Shown here: one piece after another, positions 28,814 to 38,731 of the stretch
Layout: each line of letters begins with the position of its first letter
How positions within the stretch are numbered: the stretch's first letter is position 1
Assembly: GCA_035516075.1 (NCBI GenBank)
Contig: DATJAQ010000137.1
Span: 1 to 62,080 of the forward strand
DNA from: Terriglobia bacterium
GTDB taxonomy: Bacteria; Acidobacteriota; Terriglobia; UBA7540
Direction of reading: 5' to 3'
DNA: 62,080 nt
Notes under the pieces: model-generated
Database searches by the model: none
The model's input: the letters and a program-made list of their open reading frames with translations, nothing else
Told to the model about the DNA's origin: nothing
Made by a program: the position numbers and the translations under genes

Positions 28814-29609
28814 GGGGCGCTCGCGTGAGGCGGGCAATAGCCTGCGCCCAGAAGAGCCAGCCCAGCGAAAGGAGCAGCAGCGCGGCGCCGGTTCGAATCG
28901 CAAGTTGGGCGTAGTCCCAGCCACCTGCTTTCACGGCCGGGTGCCAGATGGCCACGCGCCAGGCGAGTCCGCCGAATATGCCCGCGCTCAAGACGCTGGT
29001 GACGAACACGCTTATGCCCAGCGAGCGGGCGGGCGCCGTAGCAGGGGTGCGCGGTGCCGCGGGAGGCCGCGGGTTTGAGAGCGCGAGCAACCAGGTAATC
29101 AGAAAGCCCGCGAACGCGATCCAGACCAGGGCTTCGAGGACCCACAGGATTTTCCCGATCAGCATATAGCTCACCGGCTGCTGGGTGTGAAAGGTGAGGA
29201 ACGACGCGGCTTCGAGCGCGCGCCCGTTGATCCAACCGAAGAGCACGTCAAGTACAAAACCAAGAGCCAGCCCGGCCAGCGCCACGAGTACTGAGCGTCC
29301 CACGCGCTTTTTCTCGAAGCTCACGATTTTTCGCAGGCTCAGGCGCCGGTCCGTTCCGGCGGCCACCGCCGAGACGCTCGCCACGGTTCCCGCCAGCAAG
29401 GCGGCGGCGAGGGCCGCGAGCGCCAGGACCCACGCCAGCGCCAGCGCCAGCACCCAGCCCGACGACTCCGGCAGCCAGAGCCATTCGTATCCTGCCAGGC
29501 CCCAGAGGCCGACGATGGCCGCTAAGGCGATCACGTAGGCGGGGCTGCGCGCCAGCACGCCGAGACTCTCGGTCCAGGCCCGCCCGCCGATTTTGATGCT
29601 GCTCAGCAC
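28779..29609 (-). CDS. polytopic membrane protein, unknown function
   Basis: This 276 aa protein has at least 6 hydrophobic segments and lies directly downstream of the A2M gene on the same strand. It overlaps the convergent SpoIID gene by 35 nt. Confidence 0.55.
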   Translation of the reverse strand: MLSSIKIGGRAWTESLGVLARSPAYVIALAAIVGLWGLAGYEWLWLPESSGWVLALALAWVLALAALAAALLAGTVASVSAVAAGTDRRLSLRKIVSFEKKRVGRSVLVALAGLALGFVLDVLFGWINGRALEAASFLTFHTQQPVSYMLIGKILWVLEALVWIAFAGFLITWLLALSNPRPPAAPRTPATAPARSLGISVFVTSVLSAGIFGGLAWRVAIWHPAVKAGGWDYAQLAIRTGAALLLLSLGWLFWAQAIARLTRAPLTEPAASPPPS

Positions 29610-29688
29610 GAGTTCACCTTTTTCATCAACCCCGGAGCTGCGGCCCGCCTCGAGGCCCCTTCCGCCCGCTTCCGTCTTGCGCGCGCCG

Positions 29689-32600
29689 CTAGTGCGCGAT
29701 GGTCACCGTCGCGCTGCGCGTGGACGACTGCCGCGCCGGCTCGTACATAGGCAGGACGCGCGCCGGGTTCGCCTGGTACGTGCCGGGCTCGACGGCCTTC
29801 AGCAAGTAATGGAATTGCCCCTGGCCGTGCCGGAACGTGGTGGAAAAAAGCGCGGCGCGATCGTCGTGGAATTCGCGCTCGGTGTAATAGAAATCCCACC
29901 AGGCCGGGCGCTGCTTGAGCTCGTAGAGGTTCTCCTGCCCCACGAACTCGAACCCGGCGGGAATGGGATCCTCAATTTGCAGATACTGCTCGTCCGCGGT
30001 GGCGCTCACCGTAAGCCGCACCTCGATCACGTCTCCGCTCTGCAGTGGCCCCTGCAAGGGCTGCTCACTGTACACAATCCGGCCGGCGTCTTTTTCCGGC
30101 ACCAGCTTGTAGTATTCGCGAATCACGTTGAGCGCGGCCGCACCCGTGGGTGCGGGCTTCGGGTCGCGCTTGAAATAAGACGCGAACGCCGACCAGTACA
30201 GCACCCCGGGCCCGCTCTTCGTGATTCGCACCTGGTTGGCGCCCGCATGCAGTTGGGACGCGTTCGCCACGAGCGTCAGCGGCTGGGGATTCTGCACGTC
30301 CTTCCCGGTCACTTGCCGCTCCGCCAGTTTTTGGCCGTTCACGTAGACGTCGAGCGTGTAGTTCGGCTTCAGTTCGCCCGAAACCTTGAGGTAGTCGATC
30401 AAGCCGAGAATCGCAGTGGCGGTCTGTTCCGTCGAGAACCAGTAATAGCCGTCGGAGCGCCGGTCGATCAGCCAGTGCGCGGCCTTGGGCAACAGATCGC
30501 TCCTGGGATCGAGGCTGGAAAGCGCCTTCAAGGCGTAGGCTGTGGCCTCGAACGAATTGTCTTCCGAGAAATCCAGCAGGGCCTCGCGCTGGGAACTCCA
30601 GGAAGCGTACGGCCCTTCGACTTTCACCGCTTTCTCGAGCCGTTTCGCAAACTCCGGGGCGCGCGGGTCTTTCATGCGGTCGAACGCCAGGGCCAGCAGG
30701 GCCTCGCCGTAAGGCGAGAGTTTGTCGCCCGCATTGGCCACGCCGTCCACGAGATGGGAATCGAGCGGGCCGGTGTAAGCGGTGTGATCGCGCTGGCGCT
30801 GTTCCATCGCAGAACGCGCCGCGGAGGGAAGCTCCTGGCGGGTCTCCTCCAGCGCCTGCGACAAGGGCAGGCCGGGCTTCACGCTCGTTTCCAGCGCGTA
30901 GATCATGTAGGCGCGAATGTCGGGCACGGCGCGCGGATTCTCGTTGATCTGTTGCACCAGCGAGTCGCGGCCCCGCTCGAGCCGATCGTCGTCAATGGTG
31001 TAACCCGCGGCCCGGGCCTGGGCGAGGCCGGCCACCACGTACGCCGTCATAAAGGGATGCGTCTGGTCCGTCTCCCACCAGCCCCAGCCGCCGTCGTCGT
31101 GCTGGAACTGGTAAAGGCGTTCGAGCCCGGCGGCGATTTTTGTTTCGAGCTCGATGGAGGGCGGAGGCGCGGAGAGGCCGAGCTCCTTCACCGCTTGGGC
31201 CACCAGAATATTGGGCAGGAAGCTCGACATCGTCTGCTCCACGCAGCCGTAAGGGTAGCTCGAAAGAAAGTCGAGCGCCGACATCAGCGTCCCCGCCACC
31301 GAGGGTGCGAGATCGATGCGCAACGACGAGGCGTCGGGATTGACGTCCGAAGGCAACGTGACGGTCTCGGTGGTGTCGGCCTTGCCGGCGCCGAGCGAAC
31401 CCGCCAGGGCCGCGTTCAATTGCAGTCCCCACGGCCGTACCGGGATGGCGAGCTCCAGCGCGTCGGACTCTTCGTCGGTGAGAGCTTTGCCGAGAAAATC
31501 CGCGGTGCCGATGCCCGAGGCGTGCACCGTCCAGGTGGCCGTGGCCTCGCCGTTACGGGGCACGTTCACCGTGCTTTCGGCCGCTCCCTCGAGTTCCACG
31601 CCCTTCACGGCGAGCGAAACGTGCGCCGCGGTGTCGTGGTCGAGGTAATTGTGCACGATGCCGGTCACGGTGAGCGTGTCGCCCTGGGTCAGGAACCGCG
31701 GCACCTCGAGACGGAGGATCACGTTCTTGCGCGTAATCACTTTCCCGGTCACCTGGCCCACCATCGTATTCTTGGTTACCGCCCGCACGGTGGCCCGCCA
31801 GGTGGTGAGCGAGTCGGGGAAGGTGAACGTGGCCTGGGCCTCGCCGGCGGCGTCGGTCATGAGTGCCGGCATCCAGTAAATCGTGTCCGGGAAATACTTG
31901 CGCACCTGCGGCTGCACAAGCTGGGCCGGATTCTTGAAGTCGGCAAGCTGGGTGGGCGCGCGCAGCCGCGCCAATTGCATGCGCTGGGTGCCGGAATAGC
32001 CCGTGAACCAGTAGACCGTGGAAAACTGCGTCTGCACCTGGTCCCAGGTGCGCGCGTAAAACACTTTGTCGGGCGCGGCGGTGGAGTCCGGCCGGATGGC
32101 GTAGATGGCTTCGTCCACCACGCCCAGGCTCACCTCGGCGCTCACCGGCTTCCCTTGCGGGTCGCGCGTGCGAAGGGTGTACGTCACGCGTTCGCCGGGC
32201 TTGTATTGCGCCTTGTCGGTTTCAACCGTGACGTTCAGAATCTTGTCGGCCGCCGGCACCGGCACATTCTTGTTGGCCTCGTAGAGCTGTTCGTCCTTAA
32301 CGAAGGCGACGCCCACAAAAAAGTTCGGCTCGTCGCGTTCTTCAATGGGGACGTCTACCGTTAGCGAGCCGCCTTGGTCCGCGTGCAGGGCCCAGGTGTA
32401 CACCTGCTGGCCTTCGGTGGTCACCAGCACCTGGGCGCCGGGCTGATGGGTGACGATCAGCACGTGCGCGGTGTCGCCCGGCCGGTAGGAATGCTTGTCG
32501 AGATAAATTTCCGGCCGCTGGTATTCCGCCATCTCGCCGTATTCCACACCCGCCACCCAGAGGCTGGTATCGAAGTGCGCCCGGCGCTGGTTGGAATCGA

Positions 32601-34545
32601 GCGCGGTCCCCTCCAGGGTGATTCCGCTCACGGCCGGAGGAACCGTGTACCGATAATGGCCCACACCCTGCGCGTCGGTGCTCACCATGGCGCTGGCGAG
32701 CTGCTTGCGGTTGGCGGCGGGGCGCCAGGGCTGCCACGGAACGCTCTCCGGCTCGTAGGTGTAAAACCCAAGATCCACCGTGGTGGACACCGGTTTCGAG
32801 TCGTAATCGAGCGTGCGCACCGTGATGTCGGCCGGGTCGCCGGCGCGGTACACGTAGCGGTCCGTGCTCAGAATCAGCACCACGGTCGAATACGTCGCGA
32901 GCGCGCCGCGGCCGCCGGTGATCTCGCGGTTGCTGGCGTCGGTGACGTGCGCTTCGATCCTGTACCGTGCGTCCCGCTTGCCGTCGGCGTCGACTTCGGT
33001 GGGAACCCTTACGGTCAGGCGGCCCTCCGCGTCAAGCTGGCCGGTGCCCTGGCTGATCTCCTGGCCGTAATAATCCTCCTCGTACCCGCCTTCGCCCTCG
33101 TCTCCCTCGAACTCTTCGTCGCCCCACAGAATTTGCCAGTAGGGAAACTGGTAGCCCGACCGGAATACCGAATACTTCACCTTCCCGTTCGCCACCGGCG
33201 CGCCGAAGTAATAGCGGCCCTCGATGGTGGCTGCGATGCTCTCACCTTGCAGGTAGCGCGGTTTGTCCGTCGAGACCGTCACCTCGAACTCCGGCTTCTT
33301 GTATTCCTGCACCTCGAACGAACCGTAGACGGACTTGTCGCCCACGTGGGCCACAATCTGGTAGACGCCGAGCGCGGCCAGCGGGCTGAGGGTGAGCGAG
33401 CCGTGAAAGGAGCCGAAGGGCGAAAGGTCGAGCGTCTGCTGATACACGGTCTTCTGGGTGGGGTCCGTCACGGCCACGGCCACGGGGCCGGGGAGGTCGA
33501 GGCTGAACTCGCCCGCCCGTTGGGCGCGCAGGATGCCCTTGAACTGCACCTCGTGGGTGGGACGGTACACCGGGCGGTCCGTGTAAACGTAGCCTAGGAC
33601 GCTGGTGGCCGACGTATCCCCGAACCACCAGGATTCCAGGCTGGTGGCCGCCACGTCGTCCGCCGACTGCGCCACCATGATGGCGTCCTGCACTTTGATC
33701 TTCTCGAAGGTCAGCAGCGATACGCCCGAGGCGTCCGTGGCTCCGCGCGCGGCCTCCTGGTGGTTGTTGAAAACCACCGTGGTGGCGCCCGGCACCGGGG
33801 CGCCGGAGTCGCGATTCGCGACGAAAAGCAGGATCTGGCCCGGCGAGCTCTTCGACACCATGGCCAACTCGGTGATCATCACCAGCGTGTAAGCGCGCAG
33901 CCCGCCGTTCGCAACCTCCACCAGGAAGAGCCCCTTCTGGTGCAAATCGACCGGAATCTCCTCACGCTCCGAGCCGCGGGTCTTGGGCAGGAGCTCGCGC
34001 CACCCCACCACGAGCTGCTCGCGGTTGAGCAGCGGCACTTGCGCGTAGGCCGTCACGTCGAGCGGGATTCGCCTCTGCTTCTCGCGTTTCCGGAGGGCGG
34101 CCTCGCTTCGCCGGTAGCGCGTCTCATACTGAAGCTGCCCGCGGAAGAAGTCGCGGATGCTGAGCCGCAGGTCGCGCTTCCAGTCGTGAAAACTTTCCAG
34201 CCACGTTTTCTCGCGCGCCAGTTCCTGTTTCTCGCTGCCGAAGGAGTGCGCGTCGCGCAACTTGGCGAAAAACTGAATGGGATCTTTCACTCGATAGACG
34301 CGGAAATCGAGGTGGTCCACCTGCCGGAATTCGACGGAGACTTTGGGCTGCTGCGTGGGCGAATAAGTCTGGCTCGACGACACCGCGAAGAAGGGCTCAG
34401 TGGAGGCGGACTCCTGCGCGAAGGCGGCGGCCGGGAGCGCGGCCAGCAGCAGCGCTAACAACCGCGCGAGCCTGCGGAGCCCGTGGCGGGCACGGTCCGT
34501 CCCCCGTGCGCTCCGTGTTCTCCGTGGTGAAAGAGCATCTCTCAT
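29689..34545 (-). CDS. bacterial alpha-2-macroglobulin family protein (1618 aa) with intact thioester motif
   Basis: It has a signal peptide and multiple MG-domain-like repeats, with the thioester motif in SYPYGCVEQTMSSFLPN (CxEQ). Its large size is typical of YfhM/YfaS-type proteins. Confidence 0.9.
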   Translation of the reverse strand: MRDALSPRRTRSARGTDRARHGLRRLARLLALLLAALPAAAFAQESASTEPFFAVSSSQTYSPTQQPKVSVEFRQVDHLDFRVYRVKDPIQFFAKLRDAHSFGSEKQELAREKTWLESFHDWKRDLRLSIRDFFRGQLQYETRYRRSEAALRKREKQRRIPLDVTAYAQVPLLNREQLVVGWRELLPKTRGSEREEIPVDLHQKGLFLVEVANGGLRAYTLVMITELAMVSKSSPGQILLFVANRDSGAPVPGATTVVFNNHQEAARGATDASGVSLLTFEKIKVQDAIMVAQSADDVAATSLESWWFGDTSATSVLGYVYTDRPVYRPTHEVQFKGILRAQRAGEFSLDLPGPVAVAVTDPTQKTVYQQTLDLSPFGSFHGSLTLSPLAALGVYQIVAHVGDKSVYGSFEVQEYKKPEFEVTVSTDKPRYLQGESIAATIEGRYYFGAPVANGKVKYSVFRSGYQFPYWQILWGDEEFEGDEGEGGYEEDYYGQEISQGTGQLDAEGRLTVRVPTEVDADGKRDARYRIEAHVTDASNREITGGRGALATYSTVVLILSTDRYVYRAGDPADITVRTLDYDSKPVSTTVDLGFYTYEPESVPWQPWRPAANRKQLASAMVSTDAQGVGHYRYTVPPAVSGITLEGTALDSNQRRAHFDTSLWVAGVEYGEMAEYQRPEIYLDKHSYRPGDTAHVLIVTHQPGAQVLVTTEGQQVYTWALHADQGGSLTVDVPIEERDEPNFFVGVAFVKDEQLYEANKNVPVPAADKILNVTVETDKAQYKPGERVTYTLRTRDPQGKPVSAEVSLGVVDEAIYAIRPDSTAAPDKVFYARTWDQVQTQFSTVYWFTGYSGTQRMQLARLRAPTQLADFKNPAQLVQPQVRKYFPDTIYWMPALMTDAAGEAQATFTFPDSLTTWRATVRAVTKNTMVGQVTGKVITRKNVILRLEVPRFLTQGDTLTVTGIVHNYLDHDTAAHVSLAVKGVELEGAAESTVNVPRNGEATATWTVHASGIGTADFLGKALTDEESDALELAIPVRPWGLQLNAALAGSLGAGKADTTETVTLPSDVNPDASSLRIDLAPSVAGTLMSALDFLSSYPYGCVEQTMSSFLPNILVAQAVKELGLSAPPPSIELETKIAAGLERLYQFQHDDGGWGWWETDQTHPFMTAYVVAGLAQARAAGYTIDDDRLERGRDSLVQQINENPRAVPDIRAYMIYALETSVKPGLPLSQALEETRQELPSAARSAMEQRQRDHTAYTGPLDSHLVDGVANAGDKLSPYGEALLALAFDRMKDPRAPEFAKRLEKAVKVEGPYASWSSQREALLDFSEDNSFEATAYALKALSSLDPRSDLLPKAAHWLIDRRSDGYYWFSTEQTATAILGLIDYLKVSGELKPNYTLDVYVNGQKLAERQVTGKDVQNPQPLTLVANASQLHAGANQVRITKSGPGVLYWSAFASYFKRDPKPAPTGAAALNVIREYYKLVPEKDAGRIVYSEQPLQGPLQSGDVIEVRLTVSATADEQYLQIEDPIPAGFEFVGQENLYELKQRPAWWDFYYTEREFHDDRAALFSTTFRHGQGQFHYLLKAVEPGTYQANPARVLPMYEPARQSSTRSATVTIAH

Positions 34546-35474
34546 CGCAACAGCTCGAAGCGGTACACGCCCAAAAAACGCGGGTTCGCGGCGAGCGGCC
34601 GCCAGCGCGGGTCGGGATGCTGCAGGAGCAATTGCAGCTCAACCTCGCGAATCTCGCCGGACCGCCCGTTCAGATCGCCCGTGTGGTACACCACCCAGTC
34701 CGTCCCGTCAGGCTGAAAATACGACCGGCCCACGAAGAGCATCGAGTGGTACGTTTCGTTCTGGCCCGGCTGGTTATAGAAGAGCAGATCGCCGGGGCGC
34801 GCGGCGCGGACGTCGCGCGAAACGAAGAAGGTGTTGTAGTGCAGAAGCGCAGCCGCGTCTGCAAATTGGGCGAAGGCCCCGCGGGCGAGATCGCCGGGCG
34901 CGAGCGGCCCCGCCCGCGTGCGGAATAGCGCGGGTCCGAGAGCCCACTCCGGATAGGTGAACTCGCGCAGATCGCCGAAATCGGGCTGGGCCCCGTTTTC
35001 GCCGGTGGCCCCGGCCGCTCCGCCCTCAGCCGCGACGGCCGGCCCCGTTTCAATCGACCGGCGCCACGCCGCGTTGTGGGCCGCCAGCGCGTTGCGGTAG
35101 GCGAACCGGATCAGGCCGGCGCAGTCGTGAATCTCGGCCGAGGCCCCGAGCCAGGGTGAGTAGTATTGCGATTCCGCCAGATAGGTTACCCAGCGTACGA
35201 AGGTGACGCGGTCCTCGGGGCGAGCCAGGCGGACCGCGTCCGGAAAGCCGTCGCCCAGGCTGTCGCGGTTATCGGCAAGGGGCGCCGCGTTTGCGGGGGC
35301 AGCAGCGTTGGTGAGGCCAGCCCCATCGTTGTGCGCCGCAGTGCCGGCTCCGGGTGTGGCGCCGCGCGCCGCCCTCTCGATGCGCCCAGGGCCGAAAGCG
35401 CCGCAGACGAGCGCCAGGGCGAGCGTTGCCGCCGGACGCAACGCGTGGCGGGCGGGTTGAGCCGCAGTGAACAC
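34542..35474 (-). CDS. DUF1175 (YfaT-like) lipoprotein
   Basis: It has a lipobox-like LALALVCG, then FVRWVTYLAESQYY and HDCAGLIRFAYRNAL. It has an ATGA overlap with the A2M gene. Confidence 0.8.
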   Translation of the reverse strand: MFTAAQPARHALRPAATLALALVCGAFGPGRIERAARGATPGAGTAAHNDGAGLTNAAAPANAAPLADNRDSLGDGFPDAVRLARPEDRVTFVRWVTYLAESQYYSPWLGASAEIHDCAGLIRFAYRNALAAHNAAWRRSIETGPAVAAEGGAAGATGENGAQPDFGDLREFTYPEWALGPALFRTRAGPLAPGDLARGAFAQFADAAALLHYNTFFVSRDVRAARPGDLLFYNQPGQNETYHSMLFVGRSYFQPDGTDWVVYHTGDLNGRSGEIREVELQLLLQHPDPRWRPLAANPRFLGVYRFELLR

Positions 35475-35712
35475 GACGCTTTAACGAACGGCTACGTTTA
35501 GTGGCGCCTCATTCTAGCGCCGGAAAGGTGGCGGCGCAACGTGACCTGCACCCCCGCGCCCAACCAGGCCCGCTCCATCGTTGAACAGGGTCAAGAAGAG
35601 CGGGGCAAGCACCATCTCGCCCGCTTTGCCTTTGTCGTATTCCCTAGCGCACCTGCCTAAAGTAACGTACGGCAAAGTTTCTCCGCTGCAGGGACTCTCC
35701 GGCTCTTCTCTT

Positions 35713-35745
35713 AAAGAAAAGCCGCATCCCCCGCGCTGCGGGGAT
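35713..35745 (-). terminator. rho-independent terminator downstream of the RelE/ParE-like toxin gene
   Basis: The minus strand reads AATCCCCGCagcGCGGGGGATgcggcTTTTCTTT, a GC-rich hairpin followed by a T-run. Confidence 0.55.
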
Positions 35746-35763
35746 TGCGGTACCTCCCGGGTT

Positions 35764-36009
35764 TCACTTGGGGTGCGGAATGATTGAGAGGATCACGTAC
35801 TCATCGCCCGCGATTTTGAAGTAAAAACGCCGGCTCCGCGTAACGCGAGCCTGCCGGAGATCGGCTCCTTCGTCATGTTTTTTCGCGTGCAACGAGGGGT
35901 GGTGAAGGTTGCTAAGAAGAAAGGCGAGTTGTTTCGAAAACGCCTTGCGGACCTGAGCGGAAAGGCCGGCGTAGTCCCGATCCGCCCTCCCGGTGAAGCG
36001 CAGCTTCAC
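35764..36009 (-). CDS. type II toxin, RelE/ParE superfamily
   Basis: The 81 aa protein reads MKLRFTGRADRDYAGLSAQVRKAFSKQLAFLLSNLHHPSLHAKK..RFYFKIAGDEYVILSIIPHPK. It has a 4-nt overlap with the upstream AbrB-type antitoxin. Confidence 0.7.
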   Translation of the reverse strand: MKLRFTGRADRDYAGLSAQVRKAFSKQLAFLLSNLHHPSLHAKKHDEGADLRQARVTRSRRFYFKIAGDEYVILSIIPHPK

Positions 36010-36278
36010 GCGCGCCGTTTCTTGGCGCGGCCCCTGGCGCGCGACTCCAGCGCAGCAATCGCCTCATCGGCGGTGGAGTAGGGGCCATGGGTCCGGCCGT
36101 GCTTGAGGTCGTCAAGTCCTTCGGCCAAGTGCCGGTCGATGAGCCTTTTGGGCGTGAACGTAATCTTGCCGCGCTCGACCCGGGCCTCAAGAAGGTCCCC
36201 AACATCCACACCCACCTGTTCGCGAATGCGCTGGGGGATCACGATCTGAAATTTCGTCTTTACGGCAACAACGTCCAT
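36006..36278 (-). CDS. type II antitoxin, AbrB/MazE/SpoVT family
   Basis: MDVVAVKTKFQIVIPQRIREQVGVDVGDLLEARVERGKITFTP is a swapped-hairpin AbrB motif. The ATG at 36278 is preferred over the track TTG at 36320. Confidence 0.8.
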   Translation of the reverse strand: MDVVAVKTKFQIVIPQRIREQVGVDVGDLLEARVERGKITFTPKRLIDRHLAEGLDDLKHGRTHGPYSTADEAIAALESRARGRAKKRRA

Positions 36279-36483
36279 AGCATGACTCTCGGAATCCAGT
36301 TCAACTGTCAAACTGTACAACTGGATCGCTCACCTGTCAACACCTGCCAGATTAAGGACGCCGCACCCCAATCGTGCAACCGTCCGGGCACGCCGTGGTC
36401 CCCAATCGCGCAACGGTAGGGGCACGGCGCGCCGTAATGTCGGACGACAGATCCGCCGCCCTCCAGGTCTCCGCCGTTTGAAG

Positions 36484-37389
36484 TTACTTACTTGGCTTGG
36501 TGGGTGTGCCCTTTGAATTTCTGGACTTCTTCCGCTCGGGTTTGGCGGTTACCTTCGGCTTGGGCGTCCAGAACTCCGGATCGCCCGCCGCAAACTGTTT
36601 GGATACGTGTGATTTTGCGGGGTTGATGGCATAAAGATTGCTCTCCGTCCCAGCGTACGCTTCGCGCGCAATCTGTTGCACGCGCTCCGCAGCTTCGCTT
36701 TCCGCCAGGTGCAACCTTTCCCGCCTCTTCAGCAAATCGTCGTTTTGTCCCACACCTTTCATAGGCACGAAAGTCAGGAACGTGGGCGAAGGCATCCCCA
36801 GATTCACCTCATACACCACCCACGGCAAATCCGATTCCGTTCTTACGTAAGCCGCGCTGAGCTTCTGAAACGCTTCGGCGAACTCGTTGTCGCGGCCAGG
36901 ATGCAGCCGCACTTCGAGAACGCGCAAGAACCGGGCCTTCGAGAGGTCGATGCGATTCGCGCGGTAGCTCAAGTCGTCTCGCCGCAAGGCGATCACCGTC
37001 CGCTGGCTGGCCAGAGCGGCGTTAATCTGCGCTTGAAGCCGTCCCAGCTCCGGGTGAGCCGCGAAGATCGGCCCCCACTCGGCGACGGGTTTTTCCAATT
37101 GCTCAAACGAATCGAAGGGATCGAACGACAGCACTTCCGGCTCGCCGGTAACCGATTCAAGCACGATCCACGAATTCGGAACCGCGAGGTTTCGGCAAGC
37201 GCGCGCCGCGGCGATTTCCCATTTGTCGCGGTCGCTTCCTTTGTCGAACGAAAATCTCTGATACACCAATACAAGCAATTTCGGCGGAGCGGTCTCCGAT
37301 TCTGCCGATTCCTTCGTCTGCCCAGCTACCACACTTGCGAAGGTCAGCGTCAACCCTGCCGCAGCGGCAATCAAGCTCGCGATCATCAT
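36484..37389 (-). CDS. secreted hypothetical protein with a Lys-rich C-terminal tail
   Basis: It has the signal peptide MMIASLIAAAAGLTLTFASVVAG. No family is recognised, and its GC content is lower than the core genes. Confidence 0.55.
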   Translation of the reverse strand: MMIASLIAAAAGLTLTFASVVAGQTKESAESETAPPKLLVLVYQRFSFDKGSDRDKWEIAAARACRNLAVPNSWIVLESVTGEPEVLSFDPFDSFEQLEKPVAEWGPIFAAHPELGRLQAQINAALASQRTVIALRRDDLSYRANRIDLSKARFLRVLEVRLHPGRDNEFAEAFQKLSAAYVRTESDLPWVVYEVNLGMPSPTFLTFVPMKGVGQNDDLLKRRERLHLAESEAAERVQQIAREAYAGTESNLYAINPAKSHVSKQFAAGDPEFWTPKPKVTAKPERKKSRNSKGTPTKPSK

Positions 37390-37404
37390 GATGGTTAATC
37401 TCTC

Positions 37405-37965
37405 CTAAGAATCATAGCCGGGGCCGCCAGCCCACCCGCACTCCTTCCACACCTTTTCCCAATTCCAGATCCCGTACGCCACCTCTTTCGGCAGCGGGAA
37501 TCCGAGCTGGTGGGCGAGCATACACACTTGCCCGCGATGGTGGGCTTCGTGCGAGAGCATGTAGCACAGCATTTCCAGGCCAACCGGCCAAGGCCGGGCC
37601 CAGCCGTCTCTGCGAAACTCTTCGACGCGGCCCTCACCACCGCCCAGCGCTTCGGCGAGCATCTCCGCGCAGCGGGCGGCGCTCTCCGCCAATCCCGCGC
37701 CGGCCTGCTGCGGCGTGCAGTGGGCGCGGTGGAGCTGAGCCGGAACCTTAAGGTGCGGAGCGGTAAGCCTCACCCACTTGCAGCGGACATTGTGCAGGTG
37801 CGTGAAGATGGCCGCAATGGTGCGGGCCTTTCCGGGCGGCTTGGCTCTCCAGGCGGCAGGATCAAGGCGTTCGATCAGTATCTGGTTCAGGCGATCGTTG
37901 GCGGCAAAGATGCGGACTGCGGCCCGGCCGGGTTGAGTGTGAATCTTGGGTTGACGCGTGGTCAC
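37405..37965 (-). CDS. DinB-superfamily (four-helix, metal-binding) protein
   Basis: The segments IFTHLHNVRCKWV and SHEAHHRGQVCMLAHQLG give the DinB His triad pattern. The start is GTG with GAGGAG upstream. Confidence 0.8.
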   Translation of the reverse strand: MTTRQPKIHTQPGRAAVRIFAANDRLNQILIERLDPAAWRAKPPGKARTIAAIFTHLHNVRCKWVRLTAPHLKVPAQLHRAHCTPQQAGAGLAESAARCAEMLAEALGGGEGRVEEFRRDGWARPWPVGLEMLCYMLSHEAHHRGQVCMLAHQLGFPLPKEVAYGIWNWEKVWKECGWAGGPGYDS

Positions 37966-38010
37966 GGCTCCTCACTCCTTGAAGCATAATACTCCCGGGC
38001 CGCCGGCCAT

Positions 38011-38232
38011 CCGGGTAGGAGCAGGCAAAAGATGTCGATGTTTGAACGCTAATCCTCTTCGGGGACCGGGCCATTTTGTCGTCGTATGAACGCTTCTGTC
38101 CAAAAATCGTACACTTTTCCATTCTCGAAATCTTCCTGAACTGTTGAAAGTTGGTGGGTGGAAGTCGGCGGATGTTCACCCCAAAATCCTGGGTCCTTGG
38201 CGCTGCGGGTTTGGGGTGTGCGAGCGCCGCGC
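38011..38232 (+). repeat. C-family direct repeat, copy C1 (~222 nt)
   Basis: It aligns end to end with 38471-38696 and shares an identical core of ~52 nt, gggccattttgtcgtcgtatgaacgcttctgtccaaaaatcgtacacttttc. Confidence 0.9.
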
Positions 38233-38470
38233 CCGCTGCTCCGGCGAAGCCTGGTTTTCGCAGGGTGTGCTCAATCAGGCGCTCGTTTGAAAACGAAGAG
38301 AGGCGTTCGTTCGCGAGCGTGCCGAACCGCTGTTGACTTTCCGTCCGCCCGAGAGCGGCGCCCGGAAATGGCGTCATTTGAAAGCAATTCGCCTTCGGAA
38401 GACGGGCTGAAAAGGTCGTTGTTTGAATGCGAATTCCGCGCGGAAATGGTTCGCTTTTCGACGGGATTGC

Positions 38471-38696
38471 CCGGGTAGGAGCAGGCAAGAAAATTGTCGG
38501 TGTTTGAACGCTAATCCTATTCGGGGAAAGGGCCATTTTGTCGTCGTATGAACGCTTCTGTCCAAAAATCGTACACTTTTCGATTCTCGAAGTCTTCCTG
38601 AACTGCTGAATGTTGGTGGGTGGAAGTCGGCAAATTTTCACCCCAAAATCCTGGGTGCTTGACGCGGCCGGTTTAGGGTGTGCGGGCGCCGCGCGG
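38471..38696 (+). repeat. C-family direct repeat, copy C2 (~226 nt)
   Basis: See C1. The period is 460 nt and the copy ends ~35 nt from the MFS gene stop. Confidence 0.9.
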
Positions 38697-38731
38697 CCGG
38701 CGCATCCGTCCTTAGCCGTGGTCAGTCCGCC

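Noticed and set aside
29593-33597. 923-aa and 407-aa plus-strand ORFs opposite the alpha-2-macroglobulin gene
   Set aside because: These are antisense artefacts of a long GC-rich gene with no recognisable domains.
37862-38641. 259-aa minus-strand ORF spanning the C1/C2 repeats
   Set aside because: Its internal repeats simply mirror the DNA repeat. The sequence is low-complexity (..KCTIFGQKRSYDDKMA..ISVQT..) with no signal or domain, and it overlaps the DinB gene start. It is treated as non-coding.
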